Source: Octopus bimaculoides
Taxonomy: Eukaryota
Direction: 5' to 3'
Length of the DNA: 40,998 bases
NCBI RefSeq assembly: GCF_001194135.2
Contig: NC_068982.1
Span: forward strand, 132,587,450 to 132,628,447
Part shown: positions 23,003-35,460 of the stretch, piece after piece
Layout of the letters: the number at the start of each line of letters is the position of its first letter
Numbering within the stretch: position 1 is the stretch's first letter
The notes under the pieces: model-generated
Database searches by the model: none
What the model was told of the DNA's origin: nothing
What the model saw: only the letters and a program-made list of their open reading frames with translations
Made by a program: the position numbers and the translations under genes

Positions 23003-23500
23003 ATGCAAAGGATGCTAATGTTGTTGTTATTACCACTCCGCCAGAATATGGAGGAAGAAGAAGAGGAGGAAGAAGGGATAGCAATGACAAGGACAATGAT
23101 GATGACAATGAGGATGACAATGATAATGATGATAATGATGATGGTGGTGGTGGTGGTGGTGATAGTGATGACTACGATGATAATGATGACCACAATGACA
23201 ATGATGAAGACAATGATGATGAGGAGAGGAGGGGTAAGAGGATTGGGAAGAAGTAGAAGAGGAAGAGGAGGAAGGAGAACAACCATGAAGAGAAGCAGGA
23301 GAAGGAAGAGGATAACAGCAAAAAGAAACAGCAGGAGGACATCAGTGAAGAGAAGTAGGAGGAGGGGGGAAGAGGAGAATGCGGAAGAGGAAAAAGGCAG
23401 TAACAGATGTGATGACAATTACAATGGCAGCAACAACAACAACAACGACGACGATGATGATGATGATGATCATGATGATCATGATGATCATGATGATGAG
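23003..23500. repeat. Compound trinucleotide repeats (GAA/GAG, GAT/GAC, GGT, AAC)
   Basis: Directly visible. The ORFs in several frames are by-products. Confidence 0.85.
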
Positions 23501-23624
23501 AATGGCCGACTGTATCTTTGTGTATTCCTGGAAGAAATAACATTCAATAATTTTTTGTAACTGATAAGAAGAAAATGATTTTTTTATCATCTCTTCAAAT
23601 TAAGATTGGTTTAATTTATATTTG

Positions 23625-24030
23625 TTAAGGTCATGGATACAGAAAATTGCAGAGGATTTCAATATCTGTCAGAAATATTTCCAAAATTAAGTGCTCTAAA
23701 AATTGATAGAACTTCAAATCTTGGATGCATTAAAGGTTAAAAAATTTTATGAAACTCTGGTGTCATTTTTGCATGCTTTCAAATGGGCCCATCTTTAGAA
23801 ACTACAGGTCCCCTTCTGTTCAAAGTGGAGTTGAGAATCTGATTAAGACTTTCAAAAATACAGGTTGTTTTATTTCCCCTGAATTACACTTTATATATTC
23901 ACATTTAAATATTTTTACTGAAAATTTTGGTATAGTCAGGAATGAACAAGGAGAGGTATTTTAGCAGGATACAAAAAAATCTGTGGAAGCTTGCAAGTAA
24001 TGACTCTGGAATGAAAATGATTTACCATTG
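23625..24030 (+). mobile_element. Chapaev(3)-like (CMC) DNA transposase C-terminal relic
   Basis: GFQYLSEIFPKLS...VENLIKTFKNTGCFISPELHFIYSHLNIFTENFGIVRNEQGE.F.QD, matching the recalled LHFLHSHLDFFPENLGAVSxEQGERFHQD motif. Confidence 0.65.
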
Positions 24031-25179
24031 TCAATCGTACACTCCCACTATATTTCCACTTATTTCACGAGTTCTGATTTATCAATCAACTACCAAAGAT
24101 TTCAAGAAATAGAAAAAAAACGAATAATGTTGAAAACTTGAGAAAATATAGTAATTTTCATTTTTTTAAACATTTTTGCAGAACATTCATTTTATGTAGT
24201 ATACATCAATTGTTCTAATTTACCACTCAAAAATGCTTTCAGGAAAATATTTCTTCTTGATAAAAAAAGAAAATAGTAAAAGAATAAAATGTAAAAATGT
24301 TTAACAAAAATTTTCTTGTATTATTTTATATGGAAACTGATTATTTAGAGTAAATAACCTTGTAAATAAGTTTGTTTATTTAGTACATACAAAAAACTGG
24401 TTGAGGGGATAAAGAAACGGCCTACAAACACATAGTTCCTGAGTTCATTTCTGTTTTGTTTTATTCAGTGCAATGAACTCTAGATTATTTATCTTCTGAC
24501 GATGTTATTTGTAATGGTCTTACATCATATCCCAAAAGACCTTTGTTTTTCAACCCGTTTGTTAAAGCACTGTGACTTGTAAAAGAATTTTCAAGTTTTT
24601 GAGTCTCACAGAGATGACAAAGGATTAAACTAATTAATTGAAATGCTGTGCAAGTAAACACCTCCATCAAATGAAATGGATATTAAAACAGATATGTATG
24701 CACATGTATGTGTGTCTATATGTACATACACACACACGCATGCATACTTATGCACGCACACACACACAAACACACACAAATATAAGTATGTATAACTGTT
24801 GTGATCTCCAGCATTCTTCAGGTGCCTGCCATATTTGGTAATGTTCATTTATTCATTAGTTTAATGTCATTTTTTTCCATGCTAACATGGCCAAGATGAG
24901 CATATATTGAGGCATTGTTTTCACCAAGATACTCTACCAGTCATTAACCTTCACCTGTTTTATAGCCCAACAACATGTCATTGGGCTACCTTGTCCAGCC
25001 ACATGTCAATATTTGCTCTTAACACAGTGCAGCCTGATTACTTGAGAGGTTCTCTGTTATGTTTTACAGTATCTTATAGATGTTGCTCTTCATACACACT
25101 CGTATGTACAATGCTAAAATGCAATAAAATCACTTAATGAAATGATTGTAGCAATACCATATAATGCATTCATTTGTTT

Positions 25180-26080
25180 TTATTCATCACCATTATCATT
25201 TAATGTCCATTGTCCATGCTGGCAAGGGGATAGACAGTTTGACCAGAGCTGGCAAGCAGGGGAACTGTACCAGAATCCAATCTGATCTGCCATGGTCTCT
25301 ACAGCTGGATACTCTTCTTAACACTAGCCAGTGTGTACTGGGTGCTTTTACATGGCACCACACGGGCGTTTTTACATAACACTGCAAGGCCACTTTTACA
25401 TGGCACTACCACAAGTGCTTTTTATGTGACACTGGCACAGGACTCTTACAGGTCAATCCTCACCACTGTGGTGACCAGTCTTAACATTTCTGCTGTAGAG
25501 TACAAGCCTTCTTGAGTACAGCAAGGTGCCAGGCATCTTGGTCTTTTGTCATCTCGGCTGAAAGTTTCAGTGTCCTGTGGTTGTTCTTCAGCACTTTGTC
25601 CCATGTCTTCCTGGGTCTCCCACTTCCCTGTGTTCCATCTACTTTGAGAGATTGGTACTTCTTTATGGAACTGTTGGCTTCGATCCACATTGCATGACCA
25701 AACCAGTGCAGTCTTCTCTCTTGCACACAGCAACTAATTCCTCTTAAGCCTAACTACTCACAAAGTACTAGCATTCTGTCGAACATTACACATCTAGTGG
25801 ATCATACTAGTCTCATTGCTTTATAGCCTTTGCATGTCTTCTGTATTCAGTGCCCATGTCTCGCTGTCAGGTAGAATTGCTGTCTATCTACATGCACCAT
25901 ATAATCTTCCTTTCACTCAGAGATAGAAACCTTTCATAGCCAACAGGGCTAACAGCTCTCTGAATTTCCTCCATCCTATACATATTCTAGTTGTCACACT
26001 CTCTGTGCATCCTCCTTCTCTACCAATTTGGTTCATTAGGTAGCAGAAATTATCTACTATCTCTACTGTGGTCAATGAGG
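25180..26080 (-). mobile_element. RTE LINE 3' end with contiguous 3' UTR/tail
   Basis: VEIVDNFCYL...GWRKFRELL..LA.KG...VKGRLYGAC...ETWALNTEDMQRL...QERRLHWFGH...GSGRPRKTWDKVL, followed directly by about 300 nt ending in the family C tail and (ATG)-like repeats. Confidence 0.9.
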
Positions 26081-26432
26081 AGAGTAATTGGTGCTCTCAG
26101 AAGTATCAGCACTCAACTACCAACGTGGCTCAAAACGATTGGTACAAATGTAAAGACAGAACACCTACAAAAACCAGAATTACTTGGAATGGTAAGAATT
26201 CTTCACAAGGTTCTTAAAGCATGATCAGTAAACAAGTGTCACTTTAGTCTGCTAGCTGAGGACAGCTGACACTTTCCATCATACCCAGCAAAATAAGCTA
26301 AGAGTTTTCATCAAACGATAATGATAATAAAGTATACACCCTAATTCTCATTACATAATTAATTGCTCTGCAGCAGAATGGGATAGTGATTAAGTGTTAA
26401 GGGGATGGACATGACTTCAGTCCATGAATAGA

Positions 26433-26470
<38 letters not shown>

Positions 26471-26730
26471 CAATATGCATACATATGCACACTCATACAC
26501 ATTATATATAAATATATATATATATATATANNNNNNNNNNNNNNNNNNNNNNNNNNNNNNNNNNNNNNNNNNNNNNNNNNNNNNNNNNNNNNNNNNNNNN
26601 NNNNNNNNNNNNNNNNNNNNNNNNNNNNNNNNNNNNNNNNNNNNNNNNNNNNNNNNNNNNNNNNNNNNNNNNNNNNNNNNNNNNNNNNNNNNNNNNNNNN
26701 NNNNNNNNNNNNNNNNNNNNNNNNNNNNNN

Positions 26731-26790
<60 letters not shown>

Positions 26791-26914
26791 GTAACTACTA
26801 GCATAAAATCCTCATATCCCCTCATATACTCTGTAGAGTTTAGGTAAGGGGAGATTTTTCCTTTTCTCTGTTCCTTTCACATCTTGCAAGATACTAAGTG
26901 ACCTCACTGATGCT

Positions 26915-27010
26915 GCTGGCATGAATAAAAGCACCCAGTACACACTGTAAAATGGTTGGTGTTAGGAAGGGTATCCAGCCATAGAAGCCATACCAGAACT
27001 GACACTGGAG
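26915..27010 (+). mobile_element. RTE 3'-tail fragment (family C)
   Basis: aaaagcacccagtacacactgtaaaatggttgg.gttaggaaggg.atccagcc.tagaa. Confidence 0.75.
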
Positions 27011-27492
27011 TTCGACATGGTGGTGGTGGTCACAATGACGATAAAGATAACTTAGTTATCAGCTTTTTAGCTCATTCACATATCTTTTTAATTCTCTTTG
27101 GAATTGTTTCCTTTCATTTACACCACTCTATTATTATTAAGAGAAACGTGAACATCCATTTCATATCTCCAGTTTTCTTTCTCCAGTAAAAAATTTTTGA
27201 ATTAAATATTTCACACTTGTTATGATTAGCTTATAGTTACCCTTTCTTTAGACAAGACATTATCATCTTTATTTGTCTCAATCTTCCAAACTGAAAACTA
27301 AATACTATTGTCTAATTTTTCCTATCTGAAAACTAAAAACTGTTGTTTAATTTTCACTTAAACACCTTATTTAAAACACCTGCTCCAAAAACTTCAATAT
27401 CTCACTTTTGTGACTCAGACACGGAAAGAAGAAGAAACTGATAGTGGGGTGGAGAGGGAGGGATGATGGAAACATATTTCTAATCCAGATCA

Positions 27493-27561
<69 letters not shown>

Positions 27562-29039
27562 CCTCCTACTCTCTCGCAATGCATACTGTTCCTTATCACA
27601 TTTCTACTGAGATGCCATGAAGACAAATGTGAGCAGGTTAAAAACTATTTCACATATAAAGGCTCAGAGAAATTTGAATGAAATAACTTTGAATGTATGA
27701 GCATTGCTAGTGCTAGTTTCAAAGATTCTAAAAATGATACCAGCAGCGGTGGTGGTGGTGGCGGTGGCAGCAGCGACTCTAAGATGCAAAGGAAGAGTGT
27801 GAGGTCAGAGGATTTGTCTATTAGTATGGAATAATAATTTCCTTTTTCTATTAGCTTGTAAGTAAAGCAAGATGAGGATGAAGCCCAGTGTCCATAAAAG
27901 GCTTCTTTTTCCCATACACTCCTAGATTTAGAGATAAAGATTACTGGGAGATGTTTAATGCTAGGAGATTATTAATACTGCAAAGATTAAATAATTTTTG
28001 CAGGTTTACTAGTGATAAAGTAAACATGAACAGAGAGAGGACATCTCAGTGAGGTCTTCTCCTGTGAAAGAAAGTTCAGAGAAGAGAAGTGAAACATAGC
28101 ATGAAGGAAGTGGAAAAAACAAGTTAGTGGGGCACATTGAATTAATGTTTAGGAAAAGTTGGTTTATGCTGTTGGAAATTCCAGAAAAAGAAATAGTGAC
28201 TATTGTAGAATTGATTGAAGAAACAGATTAGCTAACAGAATTCATTGGTGGCTTAATCCTTCTTGCGGGGCCTTACAGAGATGACTTTTTCTTGATGTGG
28301 TTCAGAATCAGTATTTGAGGAGTGCATTTTTTTTAATGCTAATGCAAAAGAATAAATATCAACATTTCATGTTTTGTGGATGGAAGTGCCTTATCTCCTT
28401 GGCTAATGCATTTAACATACATATAGCTATAAAAAGGCACCACAAAGCATAAATAATTCACTGCTGTAAACAGCAACAATATCATCAGTTTCTAACAAAA
28501 GCGAAAAGATACAAAGCTATAAATTTTTTGGGAATGATATAGTTAAATATATGGTGTTTATTTTATCAACCCTAGGAGGAGCAGTTCAGTAAAATTACCA
28601 TGTTTTTCATCTGGTTACAGTACTGAGTTTATCCTTATTTGGGTGTAGCTTAGAGATGTGTATTCTTTACTCTACATACTTTCTTATATGTTATATGAGT
28701 TAGGTCTTAAACCAAAGTATGTTCAGAGACATACTTCTTTAGTAAATATATATGCTTGCATAGAAACTGTATTTTGTTTATGATTGATGTATTTTCTAAC
28801 TCTGGAAAAAAATGCTAGCTTTTGTGAAATCATTTTCATAATGTGTTATAGCCATGAATGATTTATCCAAGCTTCTAAAACTTAATATTTGAAGATAGTA
28901 TGATTTTAGTTATGTGTTCTTCTTTAGATAGTGAAGATGTAGTGTTTGTATTTTCTTTTATGGTGTAAAGTGTCTGTGTTCTCTGGTAGTTTTAAGGGAG
29001 CCTATGATGGTAACCTCTAATTGCATGTTTATGCTTCTT

Positions 29040-29750
29040 CAGGAAGCCACAATCAAGATGTATCTCATAATGCTGTGCCATGATTCTCTGTCTTTCATTA
29101 GTTTTGGGAGAGTTTTAATTTCATGTAGTGGGTCTCTGCCTATAACATCAATGTGATTGAGTGATCCTCATTCTCTGTTAGAGTGCTGAAGTCTTCAGAA
29201 TATGATAATCTGATACAACCTGTTTCTAGCACAATGGTAAAGGCCAACAAAGCTTATCCTGTGTTGAGTAACAATAGTAGAGATGGGCAGAGAGTGTCCA
29301 TAAATCCACTCTTTGATCTTATGATCAGACCCACAAGACGTTTTGAGCTCTCATGAGAAGTCTGGTTATGTACCATCAAAGCAACCTTTAAGTTGCTTCA
29401 CCCTAGTCCTGTTTCCAGCTCTATAGAGAAAAATACTCTCTACACAAACCCTGAAGAAGGTAATCCCCATTAATTTTTAAATACCCATTTGCCAAATGTT
29501 CTGAAGCATGTTACAGGCATTTCATACTAATCCTTTGTGTCTAAGGAAGATTTTCTTGTTATCAGTAGCATAAGACCTAAGTTCCTTCAAGTCACTGACC
29601 TTCAGTTGTGGACTAATGTTGGGACAAACTAGTTGGTAGCTTTCATCTTCATTGATGGTCATATAGTCAGTATTCTTAGCACTGATAAACAGACTCACTT
29701 TGACTGTAGCATTCAGAAAGGATGTTAACAAGTCTTTCTCATCACACAAT
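29040..29750 (-). mobile_element. Second RTE-type LINE family (no PHD insert), RT motifs 6-7 to C-terminus, decayed
   Basis: VSLFISAKNTDYMTINEDESY...DLKELRSYATDNKKIFLRHKGL...ACNMLQNIW...FFRVCVESIFLY...DGT*TRLLMRAQN...LMKDRESWHSIM. Confidence 0.8.
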
Positions 29751-29854
29751 CAGTGAGCATAGTCAAAATCAGAGAAATACATGTTCTATTGATATCTTAA
29801 TGGGTCACTCATTAAGGACCATGAAACATTTTAATTTCATCAATATATGAAAGG

Positions 29855-30225
29855 TGCCAGCACCACATAAAAGCACCCAGTACACCCTGTGAAGTAGTTG
29901 GCATTAGGAAGGGCTTCTAGCCATAAAAAAAAATGCCAGAACAGATGACTGTCAAACTGTCAAACTGTCTAACTTATGCCAGCATGGAAAATAGACGCTA
30001 AATGATGATGATGATGTGCTGAAATGGCAGAACACTTAACATGCTGCACAAAATTCTTAGCAGCATTTTCTGTGGCTTTATAATTCTGAGTTCAAATTCT
30101 ATCAAGGTTGACTTTGCCTTTCATTCTATCAAGGTCAAGAAAATAAGAACCAGCTGAACACTGGGATCAATGTAATCAACTTGATCCCACCCCTAAAATT
30201 CTAGGCCTTGTGTCTTTAGTAGAAA
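29855..30225 (+). mobile_element. RTE tail (29855-30015) followed head-to-tail by SINE family B (30020-30225)
   Basis: aaaagcacccagtacac...catggaaaatagacgctaaatgatgatg, then tggcagaaca.ttaac...ctgagttcaaattc...taagaaccag. Confidence 0.75.
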
Positions 30226-30565
30226 GAAATTTCATAAATGCATCTCCTTGATGAATTCCAGTTCAATGCATGCATAAATTACAGAGGCTGATCATATATT
30301 TCCTCAGGGAACTTATTTATAACCAGCTGCAGGGATGATGGTGTGTGTGGGCAGGGGGAAATAGTACTGAGAGTTAAGTGATTTTAATTTGGACATAGTG
30401 TAGAAGCAGAAGTAATACTTGTCCAGTTCTTGTCCAGCTGCTGCCTCATATTTTTCAAGATGGCAGAAAGAATTCAAAATGGCAAACAATTTCTTTGTAG
30501 AACAATAGAAATGACTTGCCAAAGTATTTTGTCATAACTGAATTGTTAATGAAGATTAATAAGAA

Positions 30566-31085
30566 TGGTGGTGGTGTTGGTGGTGGTGTTGGTGGTGGTG
30601 TTGGTGGTGGTGGTGGTGGTGNNNNNNNNNNNNNNNNNNNNNNNNNNNNNNNNNNNNNNNNNNNNNNNNNNNNNNNNNNNNNNNNNNNNNNNNNNNNNNN
30701 NNNNNNNNNNNNNNNNNNNNNNNNNNNNNNNNNNNNNNNNNNNNNNNNNNNNNNNNNNNNNNNNNNNNNNNGGTGATTGGCGGTGGTGGTGGTGGTGATT
30801 GGTGGTGGTGGTGGTGTTGGTGGTGGTGATTGGTGGTGGTGGTGGTGGTGGTGGTGATTGGTGGTGGTGATTGGCGGTGGTGGTGATGAGGATGATGATG
30901 GTGTTGTTGGAGGTGGTAGCAATGGTGATGGTGACAGTGACGACGATGATGATAACAACAACAACAACGACAATTAAGATGATGATAGTAATGGTGGTGA
31001 TGATGGTGACAACAACTCAATAATAACAACAGCAATGATGATGACTACAACGACAACAATGACGACAATAAAAACGATGACAACA
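30566..31085. repeat. (GGT)n/(GAT)n/(AAC)n low-complexity block with a gap
   Basis: Directly visible. Confidence 0.9.
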
Positions 31086-31399
31086 AAAAAAGACAAGCTG
31101 GAGGAGGTGTTTAGCAGCAAGTAATAGCAACGAATTATAATAGAAACTAAGCAACCACTGGAAATATAGATCAGTAGCAACATCTGCTAAGATTATCTTA
31201 TTTATAGAGGGCAGAGTGAAGACTGAAGATGAAAATGATGGGTAAACAAAACTATTTTATAATATAGATAACACAGCAACTATTCTTGCTATATCTAATT
31301 TGATGCCGAGAGAATTTCATACTGTTTGTGCTTGACCATTCTTGCGAATGAATGTAAAAGATATTTTCAATAATATACATCATCGTCTTCATTATCATC

Positions 31400-31570
31400 A
31401 TCGTTTAACATCCGCTTTCCATGCTAGCATGGATTGGGCGATTTGACTGAGGGCTGACGAACCAGAAGGCTGCACCAGGCTCCAATCTCATCTGGCAGAG
31501 TTTCTACAGCTGGATGCCCTTCCTAACGCCAACCACTCCGAGAGTGTAGTGGGTGCTTTTACATGCCACC
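31400..31570 (-). mobile_element. RTE 3'-tail repeat (family C), well preserved
   Basis: tttaacatccgctttccatgctagcatgg...ggatgcccttcctaacgccaaccactccgagagtgtagtgggtgcttttacatgccacc. Confidence 0.85.
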
Positions 31571-31598
31571 GTATAAATGTCTATGTACGTGTTTGCAT

Positions 31599-32009
31599 AT
31601 ATTTGCCAACTAAGTATGGTGTCCTATATAGGACAGTACTACTAAAGTTTATAGCCCCAGGAAGACATCTCCCAGCTGGCTAACAAAACACATTGGGTCC
31701 AATTAGTATTTATGAGGCGAGGTCATCGCTCCCAGCTCTAGCCTTACATAAGTTGCTAGAAAAATATATAATAATTTGCGAGTGGAATGAGCCCCGCTGG
31801 TGATTAACACACGCTGAGGATGGGTAACCACCCAGAAACTCAAGTCCATGTGTATCACGTAAGGCTAGAGATGAGAGTGATGACCTCGCCTCGCAAATAC
31901 TAATCAGACAGAATGTGTGTCATTAGCAAGTTGGAGGAGACATCTTCCTGGGGCTATAAACATCAGTAGCACTGTTCTGTATAGGATGCCACACTTAGTT
32001 GGCAAATAT
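31599..32009. mobile_element. Fold-back/MITE-like element with about 150-bp imperfect terminal inverted repeats
   Basis: 31599-31748 (atatttgccaactaag...ctctagccttac) is the reverse complement of 31859-32009 (gtaaggctagag...cttagttggcaaatat). The 110-bp spacer is non-coding. The true right end may lie in the gap at 32019. Confidence 0.8.
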
Positions 32010-32129
32010 TTGTTACGGNNNNNNNNNNNNNNNNNNNNNNNNNNNNNNNNATATATATATATATATATATACATATATATGCACACACACACTCACACAT
32101 ACATACATACATATATATATATGTGTGTG

Positions 32130-33030
32130 TGTGAATGTGTTACAGTTTCATGTAAGTGATGTCTTTTGCTTCCAATCTTCCAAGACATGTCTAGTCATGG
32201 AGAAATATCGGCTTACTTGGAAATAGATGAGGGTTGGCAACAACAAAGACATCCAGTCAGAGGAAAATCTGCCTCAACAAATTCTATCCAAACCATATGA
32301 ATACCTGCTGTCTCCACTAATCACCTCCTTTCTCTGCCTTCTCTCCCCGGTGTTGTTTTTCACCATTAACACCTCACTTATCTGCTATCACCTTCAATGT
32401 CTCACATATTTGCCCCAACTTCCATCCCTGAGTCTCTCCTATACTTCTCTCCATCACTTGCTATGGTTACCTCTATTCTTCCCCCACTCACCTAGTCCAA
32501 AACCTCTGTATAACCTCACTTATTCTCCACCCCAAGTCTTTCGAGTGCTTGTCCCTGCACATCTTCATCATCATCTCTCTCACTATCAGCCTCTTGATCT
32601 TACTCTCTAACTCACACACTTTTCTTTTCCAACTGGGGTATCCATGTATCTGCTGCACAGCAAGACATCTATCTCTGTCCCTCGATACCTTTGATGGTAC
32701 AAAGCAACCTCCAACTTCAATACTACTCCTCTCGCTAGTTGAAGGGTTTTCGACATGCAAAGTACTTAGTGACCCTGCTAGTGATGGTGCCACTAAAAAA
32801 GCACTGATGCTGGGCCCTCGTAAAAAGCACCCAGCACACTCTATAAAGTGGTTGACATTAAGAAGGGCATCAAGCTGTAGAAACCAAGCCAAAACAGACA
32901 ATGAAGACTGGTACAGCTCTTGACCTTGCCAACTCCTGTCAAACCATCTGATCCATGCCAGAATGGGAAACAGATGTTAAATGATGATGATGATGATGAA
33001 GATGATGATGATGATAATAATGATGATGAT
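32130..33030 (+). mobile_element. SINE A-variant tail (32130-32300), then pyrimidine-rich RTE-UTR-like tract and RTE tail (32750-33030)
   Basis: cttacttggaaa.aga.gagggttggcaacaa; aaaaagcacccagcacactctataaagtggttg.cattaagaagggcatc...gatgttaaatgatgatgat. Confidence 0.65.
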
Positions 33031-33068
33031 GATTCACACACAGACACCCACACACACACACACACATA

Positions 33069-33420
33069 CAGGGTGTCCCAAAAGTCACTGATGGGTTTCT
33101 ATTTTTAATAACTTCCTTAACTTTAAAAATAAATGCATAAAATTTTGATAGTATATAAAGAACATAATGGACATTAATATGCATAAGTCAAATTTTGCAG
33201 CACCACTACATCACATATGAAAAATCACATCGCTTAAATGGCAACCATTTTCCGCTTCACACACCTGTGCTCATTCCAAAACTTGCACCATAACACCCTC
33301 AAGAGTTTCAAACTTCTCTGATTTCTCAGTTGATGTTCTCCTTCAGTTGCACCAGGGTCTCCAGTTTGTTGACATAAACCCTCTCTTTCAGGTATTCCCA
33401 CAAGAAAAAATTTGGGCATG
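33069..33420 (-). mobile_element. Tc1/mariner-superfamily 3' end (transposase C-terminus plus TIR)
   Basis: TA|CAGGGTGTCCC terminus at 33067-33079. Minus-strand NFFLWEYLKERVYVNKLETLVQLKENI...ENGCHLSDVIF matches the xDFFLWGYLKxxVY motif. Confidence 0.75.
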
Positions 33421-33454
33421 ACAAAATATTGAGTTAATATCTATAGTTTAATGA

Positions 33455-33670
33455 AGGCAGCAAGCTGGAAGAATTGTTAATGCTCTGGAAAAAATGCTTA
33501 GCAGTATTTCACTTATCTTTACATTCAGAGTTCAAATTCTGCCAAGGTCGACTTTGCCTTTTATCTTTTCAGGGTCGATAAAATAAGTACCAGTTGAATA
33601 CTGGGGTTGATCTAATCGACTTAACCCACTCTCCCGACATGACTGGCCTTGTGCCAGAATTTGAAGTCAC
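33455..33670 (+). mobile_element. SINE family B
   Basis: gaaggcagcaagctggaagaattgtta...gagttcaaattctgccaaggtcgactttgcc...gataaaataagtaccag...ggccttgtgccagaatttgaa. Confidence 0.85.
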
Positions 33671-33879
33671 TAGCTTCATTTGTATTTGAGCAACATCTTA
33701 AAAAGACTTATTTTCAAATTTCTCAACATTTCAAATGAAACAAGACATATTTACACATGCATATGCATACATATACATGTGTGTGTGTGTGTGTGTGTGT
33801 AACGTATGTAAGCATGTATACGTATGTAATATTGTATAGGAACTGTACATATGTGCGCATGTGTGTGCACATATGTATA

Positions 33880-34095
33880 TATTATGCCAGTACCACCTGA
33901 CTAGCCCTCATGCTGGTGGCACGTAAAAGCACCCACTACACTCTCAGAATGGTTGGCATCAGGAAGGGCACCCACCTGTAGAAACTCTGCCAGATCAGAT
34001 TGGAGTCTGTTGCAGCCATCCAGTTCACCAGTCCTCAGTCAAATCATCCAACCCATGCTAGCATGGAAAGCAGACATTATACGATGATGATGATG
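33880..34095 (+). mobile_element. RTE 3'-tail repeat (family C)
   Basis: ggtggcacgtaaaagcacccactacactctcagaatggttggcatcaggaagggca...gcatggaaagcagacatt..acgatgatgatg. Confidence 0.85.
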
Positions 34096-34197
34096 ATACT
34101 TATATACTGTGTGTGTGTATGTGTGGAGTATGTGTGTATGTGTGTGTAAGCATTCATGGAAATGTTACCATAATGTGGAATTGCATAATGAGAAATA

Positions 34198-34988
34198 CAA
34201 GGTCTGATCAATAAGTATCCGGACTGTTGCCATAGTAACAATGCTAAAGCATGCAGTGAAGTCGCTTGGCACAGATTGATCTTAAACTCTGCTGTGCATG
34301 AGTACTACACTTCAACATTCAAGCTGACTTCTACTGTTTACAGCAGTGCTTGGAAGGAAGGTATATGAGCTGCACATAAGTGTGTGAGTGGTTCAGTTGT
34401 TTCCAAGATGGCCGAAAAAATGTTGATATTGACAAACGTTCTGGTAGACCAACGACCAACAGAACTGAGAAAAACATCGCAGATGTGCATGCGACTCTGA
34501 GGGGAAATCATTGAATCATTATTCATGAGTTATGAGAGGATGTGCAGATTAGTTACACTTCAGTTCAGTCCATTATCACTGAAGATTTGGATATGAGATG
34601 CGTGTCTGCCAAGTTTGTACCAAAACTGCTTTCAGCTACCCAAAAGGACACTTGGGATTCAGTTGCACAAGATCTCCTTGATTGCATCAAGAATGAGGAA
34701 AATGTTTTGAAAACTTTGCGTAGGCCCCTGCGCAGTTATCACCAAGCTTCTGGCAAAGTTTAATGCAAATTCTCTGCTCAACTTTCTCTGTCATGGTCAA
34801 TGTGATGATCACACGCTACACACCTTCCTTCCAAGCAATGCTGTAAATAACAGAAGTCAGCTAGAATGTTAAAATTTAGTGTGCATGCACAGCAGAGTTC
34901 AAGGTCAATCTGTGCTGAACGACTTTACTCTGTATTCGTTAGCTTTGTTACTATGGCAACAGTCCGGATACTTATTGATCAGACTATG
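34198..34988 (+). mobile_element. Internally deleted mariner element with about 170-bp TIRs and TA target-site duplication
   Basis: TA at 34196 and 34989. Termini caaggtctgatcaataagtatccggactg / cagtccggatacttattgatcagactatg. Internal FQDGRKNVDIDKRSGRP...ISYTSVQSIITEDLDMRCVSAKFVPKLLS (HTH plus WVPxxL-like linker). No catalytic DDD domain. Confidence 0.9.
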
Positions 34989-35289
34989 TACATTTCTCCA
35001 TTAGCCTCCATATTACACAGAAATCAATGCTTTAAAAGGTTTCACGTTATAAAAATCCACATTACACCATTTTTTGTTTTTCTATAACACTGAGGGATGT
35101 CTGTACATTGTTCTGTCAGAGAGATTGCTTTAACCTACTGCTTATCAAATGAAACTATTCATTGTAAATAACAAGCTGGTAGACAAAGCTCTTATAATGG
35201 TAAATGTATCTTCTTTTAATTCTCCCTTTTTATGTTGACTAATACATTTGTATTCCACTTTTATAGTTGATCCAATGAGGGATCTTTCA

Positions 35290-35460
35290 TGGGGGTCACT
35301 AGAAATAGTAATTAAACCATGCTACATGTTTTAAAAATTTAAAGGTGTGCTGGTTAATGTAGGCCTGGTTACACTATTTCTAAAAAAATTAGTTATGGTT
35401 AAAATGTCCTTGATCGTAGGTCTCTTCAGTCAAGGCTGACGTCAAGGCTAAACAACATCA
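35290..35460 (+). mobile_element. Additional short interspersed repeat (family D), with a related inverted fragment near 7340-7400
   Basis: gggtcactagaaatag...ccttgatcgtaggtct...ggctgac...ggctaaacaac. 7343-7360 tgtttagccctcggccag is its reverse complement end. Confidence 0.45.

Noticed and set aside
23003-23560. 185-aa acidic/basic ORF
   Set aside because: It is a patchwork of trinucleotide repeats open in several frames on both strands, with no splice or domain support.
27697-28440. Short Gly-rich ORF and scattered LINE-like words (LGDY, FLDVVQ, FVDGSA)
   Set aside because: There are many stops in all frames and the motifs are not in a coherent order. It is possibly a very old TE but is unclassifiable by eye.
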